Source: Macrostomum lignano (lineage: Eukaryota). Taken from it: 64,000 nucleotides of DNA. The position numbers were made by a program, and so were the translations under genes. The DNA lies in NCBI GenBank assembly GCA_002269645.1, contig NIVC01000476.1, forward strand, positions 62,001-126,000, written 5' to 3'. The notes under the pieces were generated by a model, which searched no databases, had not been told where the DNA came from, and saw nothing but the letters and a program-made list of their open reading frames with translations. Shown here piece by piece: positions 36,197 to 45,894 of the stretch (positions within the stretch are counted from its first letter, which is position 1; each line of letters begins with the position of its first letter).

Positions 36197-36796
36197 TCAG
36201 GACTCAGCGGATGCCCCAGACTCATTCTCCATCTCAGTCTCCCGCTGTCTACGCCGCCGTCGATCCTTCGTCAGCTGGTTGGCGTTGACCTCCTGCTGCT
36301 CTCCCAGCCCGACATCTTCTCGTCCCTCTTTGCCCACGCGAGCTGCGCGGACCTCCTCCGTGGTGGTCGGCACCACGAAGCTCATCGGCATGAGCAGCGG
36401 GGCGGATCGCCTCGGCGGCGGGCTCCGGGCTCCGCGCTGATGCTCAGCGCCCGGCTCCGACTGAATCGAACCCGACGGCGAACATGTCGACTTCGGCTCT
36501 GGAGCTGCCGCCGCCGCCGCCGTTCCCGCGTCGCCGAGAAGTCGAGTTTGAACAGCGGCCCGACGCCTTTGAAGTCCTTCAGGCCGAAGATCGCCAAGCC
36601 GAAGCTCCGGCCAGGTGGGATATTTTCGGACCGGGGCTGCCGGCGCCGCCCCCGCCGAGGAGAAGCCGATCCAGGGCAGGCGGGTGCGCGACAGGTGCGA
36701 AGACACACTGCCGGCGGCTGCGGAATTCTCTGGTGACGAGTTCGAGCTGGAATCTGGGGCCAGGCTCAGCCGGATCTGGGGGAGTCGGCGGGACAT
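36197..36796 (-). CDS. Hypothetical protein or exon (199-aa ORF across a GC-rich island)
   Basis: ATG-initiated frame open across the whole island, GC3-rich over most of its length. No domain recognised, and a + strand frame is also open. Confidence 0.25.
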   Translation of the reverse strand: MSRRLPQIRLSLAPDSSSNSSPENSAAAGSVSSHLSRTRLPWIGFSSAGAAPAAPVRKYPTWPELRLGDLRPEGLQRRRAAVQTRLLGDAGTAAAAAAPEPKSTCSPSGSIQSEPGAEHQRGARSPPPRRSAPLLMPMSFVVPTTTEEVRAARVGKEGREDVGLGEQQEVNANQLTKDRRRRRQRETEMENESGASAES

Positions 36797-36799
36797 GAT

Positions 36800-37130
36800 C
36801 GGGTGATCTGCTGTCTCGGTGTGACCTGCTGTCTCGGAGTGATCTGCTGTCTCCGAGTGGCCTGATGTCTCGGAGTGATCTGATGTCTCGGAGTGATCTG
36901 CTGGCTCGGGGAGTGATCTGCTGTCTCCGAGTGGCCTGATGTCTCGGAGTGATCTGCGGTCTCAGAGTGATCTGCTGTCTCCGAGTGGCCTGATGTCTTC
37001 GAGTGATCTGCTGTCTCGGAGTGATCTGCTGTCTCAGAGTGGCCTGATGTCTCCGGGTGGCCTGATGTCCCGGAGTAATCTGCTGTGTCTTTGAGTAATC
37101 TGCTAGCTGTCTCGGAGTGATCTGCAGTCT
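36800..37130. repeat. 18-bp minisatellite (CTCGGAGTGATCTGCTGT)
   Basis: About 18 degenerate copies. Confidence 0.9.
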
Positions 37131-37589
37131 GTGGTTCCAACTCAGTGTGCTCAGCCAGTTACCATCCCGGCAGAACCCAGTGTTCACCTAAACCAGATCC
37201 AGCCCTATGCGCTAAGCGGCAGACGCGGTGTCTTGTGCTGATCTTGGCGCATGCAGAACCAGTTAGCGATCTTGTATTTTCTCATTCCATCCAACTGAAA
37301 TATTCATCTGAACCCTGGCTGGGATTAGAGTAAAGTGGGGGCCGGAGAGCGGGCTGGTTGGCTGCCCAGAGTCAGGACAACGGGACCCACTACAGTTGAA
37401 CCGCCACAGCGCGTGGGTGGGCAAGAGTGGAGACATGGAGGACTGCCGTACTGTATGCACAGACCGTGAAAAATTCCCTGTTATACAACCGGTGCAGCTG
37501 GAGACAGAGGAAAACAACAGCCCGCATGCATGAACTGAATCAAGCCCATTGGTACTCGTAAATTTCAAGCCCGAGATGCACTGCACAGA

Positions 37590-37865
37590 TATCTAGAGAC
37601 TAAAATTTGAATGCTGTAGACATCTAGAGAGTAGACTTTCAATGCTCTAGATATCTGGAGACTAGACTTTGAAAGCTGTAGACATCTAGAGACTAGACTT
37701 TAATCTGTAGACGTCTAGAGACTGAACTTTAAGCTGTAGACATCTAGAGACTAGAATTTAATCTGTAGACATCTAGAGACTGGACTTTAATCTGTAGACA
37801 TCTAGGACGACTTTGAAAGCTGTAGACAGCTAGATACTGGACTTTGAATGCTCTAGACAATCTAT
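37590..37865. repeat. ~30-bp minisatellite with a TCTAGA core
   Basis: TCTAGAGACTAGACTTTAATCTGTAGACA-like units. Confidence 0.85.
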
Positions 37866-38799
37866 AGAACAAAACAGCTTGAATAGAAGAAATAAAATTA
37901 AAAAGCCGAGAAACGCAGATGCAATTTTGTTATTCGATAGAACAAATTATAAGCGCTCTCATTATTCATCATTAAAGACTATTTTGTTGCACAATCGATT
38001 TTTTAATTAAAATAGTGGCGGTTTTTCGCTCAACGCTAAAATTCCTTAGTCGCAAGATTTACAAAATCTTGGTAGCATGTGGATAGTGTGAATACAATAA
38101 TTTAAGGAGGATTTTTGTGCAAACATATCGCTGCAAATTATTATTGCACTGCCATAGTACGAGTAATGTATTGGCGATTATGCATTTAAAAAAAATTAGA
38201 TAAATATTTGAATTAGTACTTTTAATCAACTGACGAGAAGGGGACGCTGAAGCCGATAGCGGATTAATAAACGATGCTAAAAGAACAACAGTTACTACTC
38301 TATATAACAGCAAGTAGTATGGCGTGCCTTAAGCGTCAATTTTTTTCAAGGAAAAATAAATTTTAAAAAACCCGCTTATTACTACTGACTTAGAATGAAA
38401 CAATAGGAACGCAAAAGTAGTGCGTATTGAAAATAGCAATAGTAAAAACGCTTAGAAACAAAAAACTTTGGGGATCGCGCATATTGAATAGAGCCAGTGT
38501 TGAGAAATATTTATAAATCGCTTACACAGAGAGACAGACACTAATATAATAGAGAGGATTAACAGAGAAGCAGACGATCTGCGTGTTTAAAAACGAAACT
38601 CTTCTGGACACGAAAAAACGACCGAAAAAAAACGACAGAATTCTTATAAAACACTTCAGTCAGGCTGCCAGAAAGCCGGATTTATCCAGACTAAAAATTC
38701 CTTGGCCTCGAGATTGCCGAATCTGTTTAATCTATTTAACCTCTAGATTAGTCTTATATGATGTACGGATTACCCTAATTATATAATCTTTAGATTAAC

Positions 38800-39330
38800 G
38801 TTAGAGGATATCTAGACTATCCGTAGATGATCTCTAGATTACCTTTAGATGATCTCTGGATTACCCTTAAATGATCTCTAGATGTACCTTGGATGATTTC
38901 TAGATGTACCTTGGATGATCTCTAGATGTACCCTTAGATGATCTCTAGATAACCCTTAGAGATGGTCTCTAGATTACCCTAAGATGGTCTCTAGATGTAC
39001 CCTTAGATGATCTCTAGATAACCCTTAAATGATATCTAGATTAACTTTAGATGATCTCTAGATTACCCTTGGCTGATCTCTAGATGTACCCTTAGAGATG
39101 ATCTCTAGATTACCCTTAGAGATGGTCTCTAGATTACCCTTAGAGATGGTCTCTAGATTACCCTTAGAGATGGTCTCTAGATTACCCTTAGAGATGGTCT
39201 TTAGATTACCCTTAGAGATGGTCTCTAGATGTACCCTTCGAGATGGTCTCTAGATTACCCTTAGAGATGATCTCTAGATTACCCTTAGAGATGATCTCTA
39301 GATTACCCTTAGATGATCTCTAGATGATCT
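38800..39330. repeat. ~24-bp minisatellite with a TCTAGA core (TCTAGATTACCCTTAGAGATGGTC)
   Basis: About 22 copies downstream of the flotillin stop codon. Confidence 0.92.
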
Positions 39331-39381
39331 GAAACTCCAACTCCCAAGCCACAGGTGAAAAGTTGCCAATCAATCGTTAAA

Positions 39382-40024
39382 TCAATTGCGCCTCTTGCCG
39401 CCGCCTCCGTCACCGCCCATTGTCTTGGCGATGTCCACCCCAGCCATGCTGTTGACAATGCGCGGCAGGCGCTCCATGATGTCCATGACTTCGCCGGTGA
39501 TCTTGGCGGCGCCCAGCTCCGAGCCTTTGCCGCCGTTGCTCACCATGGTGATCTTGTTGGCCCCGGCCAGCGGCTGGGCCACCTCGGCCGCGAGCTTCGG
39601 CAGGGTCTTCAGCACCAAATCCAGCTTGGCGGCTTCGCCGTACTCCTTCCAGGCGTCCGCCTTCTTGGCCATCTGCTCGGCCGTGGCCTTGGCCCTGGCC
39701 TCGATAGCGTAGGCTTCAGCCTCGCCCTTCAGCTGGATTGACTCGGCCTCCGCCTGCGCCTCCAGCACGATCTTCTGGTTCTCGGCCTCCGCAATCTTCT
39801 CCAGCCTGTAGCGCTCCGCCTCGGCCGGCTTGCGCACGCTGGCGTCCAGGTGGCGCTCCTTGCGGACAATCTCCAGCTCCTGCGGGCGGGTGCGGGACTG
39901 GCCGTCACTGTCTGTCTGTCTGTCTGTCTGTGTGTCTGTCTGTCTGTGTGTCTGTCTGTCTGTCTGTCTGTGTGTCTGTCTGTCTGTCTTAGTGTCTGTC
40001 TGTCTGTCTGACAGTCTGTGTGTT

Positions 40025-40079
<55 letters not shown>

Positions 40080-41430
40080 CTGTCTGTTTGTCTGTCTGAC
40101 AGTCTGTCTTATTTAGCATAGACAGGGGTCTGTGTGCACCCTGGCGCACAACCGGCGAGAGGCATTACTGCCCATTCCGCCGACTCCCCTGAGCAGGCAC
40201 ACAAGCGTGCGGATACGTACGCAGTCACACACTCACACAGGAGTGTACAGCTACAGCGGCCCTAACTTTATTTATCGTTAGGCATGTACACTTCACTGCG
40301 CCTTGGGGGTTGGCCTTCAAGGGCGTTAATTGCACGAGCAGAGCCAAACCGAAATTAATTTGCAGTGACTGCCTCACCTGCACATTGATCTGCTGAGTCC
40401 GCTCCACCACTTTGATCTGCATCTCCTCCTCCTTGATCTGCTGGCGAGTTTTGGCCGCCTGCAGCTCGTAGGCCAGATCGGACTCGGCCTTCTTAGCCTG
40501 CACCTCCTGATCAAAGGCGGCCTTCTTCAGCTCGTAGTCTCGCTGAGCCTTGGCGATCTCGATGTCGTTCTTGTACTTGGCGGCCATGCGCTCCTGCTCA
40601 GCCATGGCCTCCTTGATGCCCGACTCTTTCTGCGCCTCCGCCTCGCCGATGCGAGCATCTCGCTTCACCTGAGCAGTGCGGGACAGGCCGAGGGCTTTCA
40701 GGTAGCCTTCGTCGTCCTTGATGTCCTTCAGCGTGTAGGACACCACGCTGATGCCCATGTTCACCAGGTCGGAGGAGGCCACCTGGGAAGAGGCAGTGGG
40801 CGGTTGCATTTTTAGTACATAGAAAGATATTCTTCCTGGGAATAGAATCCTATTCTTCCTGGGGATAGACTCCTATTCTTCCTGGGAATAGAATTATATT
40901 CTTCCTGGGAATAGACTCCTATTCTTCCTGGGAATAGAATCCTATTCCTCCTGGGAATAGAATCCTATTCTTTCTGGGAATAGAATACTATACTTCCTGG
41001 GAAAACAATCCTATTCTGCCTGGGAATATTACAAAACAAACGCATCTGGGACAATAGAATCAGTGCAGAATTACCTCGAACACACACTTGCTGAACTTTT
41101 TCCTGTCCTTATAGATCTCCTCCACAGTCATGTTACCCATGATGGCGCGCTGATGACCTTCAAGAGTTTCCCGAGAGATCTCCGTAATCTCGTGCTCACT
41201 CTTTCCTAGAAATTGTTCAGCTGCCGCGGCCAGCATCTCCTGATTCTGGCCCTTGATGCGCAGCTGGGCAACCCCCGTGACAGTCACTGGGACGCCGAGC
41301 TGGGTGTAGATTCTCGGCGACTCGATGGTGATGGTCATGGTGTTGAGAGAGAGGCGCTGGACCTGCTGAATGCCGGGAAGCACAAACTTCCTGCCGCCAG
41401 GGATGTACATTGGCTTGCTGTGGCAACAGC
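39382..41430 (-). CDS. FLOT1: Flotillin-1, 5'-partial; exons 41430-41075, 40782-40378 and 39879-39382; the first ~15 codons are not found
   Basis: SPFH domain ([51 protein letters not shown]) and flotillin coiled-coil ([25 protein letters not shown]). GT-AG introns with phases 1, 0 and 0. Confidence 0.95.
39908..40110. repeat. (TGTC)n microsatellite in a flotillin intron
   Basis: Degenerate tetranucleotide array. Confidence 0.93.
40830..41030. repeat. 23-bp minisatellite (TATTCTTCCTGGGAATAGAATCC)
   Basis: About 9 copies with internal dyad CTATTC..GAATAG. Confidence 0.9.
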
Positions 41431-42124
41431 CTGGCGGTTATTTAGTGGTTGATAATTTGAGATTAGTAGTCCTTTCAACAAGTATTGTTTCTTATGTCTT
41501 TAATATACAAAAAATGATTATGTCCCTCGGCCCTCGGGTCCTTTGAAACTTCACGAAAGCAATGTCTATCTCTTCTCAGCTCTCTTCTCTCTAATATACT
41601 CCCTGCTATTTCTCATCTCCTCTTCTCCCCTCTTCTCTCCTCTAAACTCTTCTTCTCTCCTCTCTCCTCTTCGATTTCATCCTGCCTCTCATCTCTCATC
41701 TCCTTTCTATCTCTATTCTCTCTATTCCCTCTCCTCTGGCCTGCAGTCATGCGCTAGGTTATCTATCTGGCCCTCTTGAGTTAGAAAAAATTTGCTGACC
41801 CCAAATATATTCCTGTATATCCTATATACTAAAATTAAAAACTATATACCTACCTACCTATCAATCTATAGGAACTTTGGTTCAATCTAATATACAAAAA
41901 ATTGTGATTAGTTTAGAAAAAAGCAGGTCAACTAATTTTCTTCAAACTTGTACCATTCAATCAGAAATTGATAGCATAGGTGTCTTGTAATATTAACCAT
42001 TTAAATCAAAATATAATATAAACATGGTACCTAAAAATGTTTATACATCGCATATAGGGTAGCCAACGTAACATGCCTGATTTAAATAAAATGTTAATAA
42101 CTTTTGTTATTTGCAACTAACTTG

Positions 42125-42356
42125 TTGACAAAATGTTAACACAATGTTGCCACAAATATAGCATTATATTTGCAAAAATTACATATACAAGCACTTGCAC
42201 ACACAAATGATTTCATTGTCAGTTCAACAGCACACTTTGATGTGACTTCCATCTTTTTCTATCACTTGCTTGAGGCACTTGCGGTACTTCAGAACTGTTT
42301 TCTAATGCCAATTATAATGCTATACTTGTGGCAACATTGTGTTAAAATTTTGTCAA
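42125..42356. mobile_element. Fold-back/MITE-like element
   Basis: 44-bp inverted repeats at 42125-42168 and 42313-42356 with 2 mismatches. No TSD resolved. Confidence 0.6.
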
Positions 42357-42545
42357 TTTTGTAGGCCAGCCTGTATAGTTGAGAAATAACCCATGACACA
42401 TTGTACCTTATGCTAAGCCTAATAAAATGAGGGAGACTATAGCCCAGTTGACTAGTATGGCACTCTTGTGTACTAGTAGCCTAGTCCTAATTCCAAATGC
42501 AATCATATTAATTTTAGGCTAAATTGGAATCTTGGCTTGCATACA

Positions 42546-43118
42546 TGCACAACCTTGGGAATCACTTGGCCATTTCTATTGGCAACACACTAGAGGTTGG
42601 ACAAGCAGAAAATTTTGGTTGGGTGTGAAATTTTGTGAAATTTTCAAAGTCAGGCGTGATCGTGATTGTGATCATGAATTTATATTTGCATACACGTATT
42701 TTGAGCTCGTAAGTTACAAGTGTTGGAAAAAACAAAAGAAGAAAAGAAATATTTTTAAATTGATAATAGCTACTTAGTAATGCTGTCAAGTCAACAAATT
42801 TAAAATTTAATACTCTTGACACATTTGTGTTCACATATTTTTGGTAAACCAAGTAGAAAAGTTATACTTCTAATAAAAATCTAATAAAGCGGAAATTCAC
42901 AACTGTCGTGAATGGGTTTCAAGGAAATAACGATTGTGAAAAAATGGTCGTGAATTCACGAAATTGTGATCACAATTGTGATCACGTCCGACCCCTACAA
43001 CACACACATGTAAGTTGTTATTGGCTAAGAGCAGTTGCGTGACTACTATTGCATCCAATAACAACTTACATGTACGTCTTGCCAATAGAAATGGCCAGGT
43101 GAATCCCTAGGTTGTGCC
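42546..43118. mobile_element. Long-hairpin (fold-back) element interrupted by a hAT-type MITE
   Basis: Outer arms 42546-42584 and 43079-43118; inner perfect 19-bp arms 43006-43024 and 43055-43073. Confidence 0.65.
42591..42997. mobile_element. hAT-type non-autonomous DNA transposon (MITE), 407 bp
   Basis: Ends TAGAGGTTGGAC and GTCCGACCCCTA (10/12 inverted match). Perfect 8-bp TSD CAACACAC at 42583-42590 and 42998-43005. Confidence 0.85.
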
Positions 43119-44304
43119 CAAGCATGTTGGCTTGGGTCTGCTTATGCAATTAATGAACTGAAGGCCAACCCCCAAGGAATAATTAAGTGTAAATACTTGA
43201 TAAAAATAAAGTCTAAGCCTCTATATACTCATATAAATATATGCCTATGTACATAACTATATATATTTGTATATTTATATGCCTACTAAGGGAATCAATA
43301 AAATGGGTAATAATTCATCTTGCTAGTTGTATAACAATATTACTTAGTAGGTACATTAGGCTAAACATAGCTACCTGTCACTGATAAAAAAATAAAAAAG
43401 GAAATATATCTTAGCTTTGACTGCATTGATTATACAAGGGCTATACCAAAAGTAATATTACTTTTTATTATATCTCTCATAATAATGATCCAAATAATAT
43501 CATTTTGAACAAATTTAAATTGGCCACTCTCTTCTTTATATTAACTTTACCACCTTTAAAACAGACAATAGAAGCAAAAGCTACAAACTTAAATATAGCA
43601 AGAGTTTAACCATAGACCTAAAATAAGTTAAAAGTTTGTGCATGAATCTTGGCTACATTGTGCCTTATCCTCCAAATGATGTAAATCACACTCCCCCAAG
43701 CAACATTTGAATGCATATTCATGACTTTTGGCATTGCAAAAGGAGGGAACAAAAAGCAATAAAGCTAAAGCCTAGTGTGAAATATTCAATTGCTTTAAAA
43801 GTTTTATGTTTCTCTAAGTTTTTCCATAGATATCTCTTTGTCAAAGCAGCCTAATAAAGAAGTCTAGTATATTCAATCAAAAGTTTTGCTACTTTCTAAT
43901 GGCTTATTGACTTACTATAAGTCTATAGTCAACTCCTGCTATATTTTAGTTTGTAACTTTTGTTTCTAATGTCTTATTTTACAGTTGTTAAAGTTATTAT
44001 GCAGAGAGTTTCCACCATAAATTTGTGCAAAATTATGATATTTAGATCATCAGAACAAGAGATATAATGAAAAATAATACTTTTGGGTATTATTATTTCA
44101 ATTAATAATATATTAATTCATATATTCATATATTAATTCCCTTATATTTCAATTGTTTTTGAACTTTAAAAACAAAATTATAAATTATTTTAAATATTAT
44201 ACTTGCATTAATCATTTTTATCCATATTTTTAATATCTACTTTGCTATATGATTATCTACTTGGATAAACTATAGAATAAATATATAACTAGGAGTATAG
44301 CTCC

Positions 44305-44910
44305 AAAGACATTATCAACTGGATGGCAACATACCATCTTATTGCAAACCAATGGTCTTGCTTGACCTGCCCTGGAGGTGGCGCCGGCAATATAATGGCA
44401 CAACAAATGTGATTGCAATGGCATATGGGTGATTGATTCTTGGATGGACTAGCATGGGCATACACCAGCTGTCATGCCCAGGTGTCAATTTGGAAAGGTT
44501 CATTTTTTGAAGCTAATCATCTTACACTAAAGCAACTGCTGGATCTCATTTGGTGGTAGGTTACAGAAGCAAAGCAGGGTGAGTGTCAATGACAATGGAA
44601 TATTGGTCATAATGCTATTGTTGACTGGCAAAACTTCATCAGGGACATCTGTTCTTAGTACCTGATTGACCATCCAGTGGAACTAGGTGGTCCTAATAGA
44701 GATATAGAGATAGACAAATCCTATTTCTTTCACCGAAAGTACCACCAAGGTGCCCACTAGCCTGGACAGTGGGTACTAAAGCATGGTTGAACGTGGTGCC
44801 AGGAAGTGTGTGATGATTGCTGTTCCTAACCGCACTGCTGCAATGCTGCTACCTTTGATTCAATGCCACATTCTCCCTGGTACGTGTGATTACTGATGGT
44901 TGGCAAGCAT
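44305..44910 (+). pseudogene. Merlin (IS1595/IS1016-like DDE) transposase remnant
   Basis: Across stops and frameshifts: SIWKGSFFEANHLTLKQLLDLIWW, IVDWQNFIRDIC, LGGPNRDIEIDKSYFFHRKYHQG, MVERGARKC..VPNRTAAMLLPLIQCHILPGT, VITDGWQA. The first two catalytic Asp regions are present; the 3' end is missing. Confidence 0.8.
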
Positions 44911-45469
44911 GCTTATGCCTACCTTTGGCAACCTTTGGCCTTTGGGCATTGGCCTTTGGGCAACATACTCTTTTGGATTGCCCAGCTATTACCCCTGATA
45001 AACCAAACTTCAAAGTTTTGACTTTTGAACTTCATCATGTTTTCTAGTGATATCCCTGCAGTTTTAACCATAGACAGTTGCTAAAAGACAATTGTTGCTT
45101 CATTTTCTTATATGCCTTAGAGCGATTTCAATTTTGTAGCTTTTCTAAATGCTACGAAGGTTTCCATGACATACTATTATCGTTTTTTGTCATTTAAGTT
45201 AGTACTATTTGTGTTTAAATGAAAAATTAATTAATTTAACGAATGAAAAAGGAAAATTGCCAAAATTTATAATAAAAATTAAAATGTTTTAAACAAATAT
45301 AAAGTTTTTAAAGCTTTAACTGGCAATTTATAGACCTATATATTGTTTTGAAATTCTATAGATATAATTATTTTTTTGCAGAACTTGTATTGATATTAGA
45401 GCAAAACTTATATTCTAAGAAATAAATGCCAATTATTCAAGTTAAATTTTGCCCTAGGCCTACTTATTA

Positions 45470-45894
45470 ACCATGGTCAGGAAGGTGCGCCATGTGCGCC
45501 GCAACAAATCCTTTGAAATTTTTTTAACTGTGTACCAAAAAAATTATGTTTTTACATACATAATTTTATGTCTTTTTTTAATTTTTAATTTTGAGTTAAA
45601 AAAACAATTGTGGTAATATTTTCTTAGGTACACATGTAATGTTACCATAATTTAAAAAACCTTTTTGTGCCATTTTAAATTGAAAAAAGCAAGTTTGTCA
45701 TTATGTTTCATCTTTTACATGTGAACTAAGAAGTTAATATAGTATAGACTGCACTAGGTAAGATGCTCTGTACATTGAATGTGCACACACGGTGCATAAT
45801 AAACTTTCTTCTGTGCCATTTATGCCATGTGTGCCAAAAAAATCCTATGTGCGCCACAATTTTGCATGAAATCTACCACCTTCCTGACTGTGGT
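45470..45894. mobile_element. MITE, 425 bp, 18-bp TIR, TTA/TTATTA flanks
   Basis: Left end ACCATGGTCAGGAAGGTG; right end (reverse complement) ACCACAGTCAGGAAGGTG; TTATTA on both flanks. Confidence 0.75.

Noticed and set aside
37205-37292. Minus-strand KIANWFCMRQ resembling homeodomain helix 3
   Set aside because: It lacks the invariant Asn of WFxN, no helix 1/2 exon was found, and a stop follows soon after.
39355-39992. Plus-strand ORFs over flotillin, and similar antisense ORFs over the Kelch, RT, Crypton and pol genes
   Set aside because: Antisense shadows of codon-biased genes.
43597-43940. Possible further MITE with degenerate CATAGAC/GTCTATAG ends
   Set aside because: The inverted match is too degenerate and no TSD could be defined.
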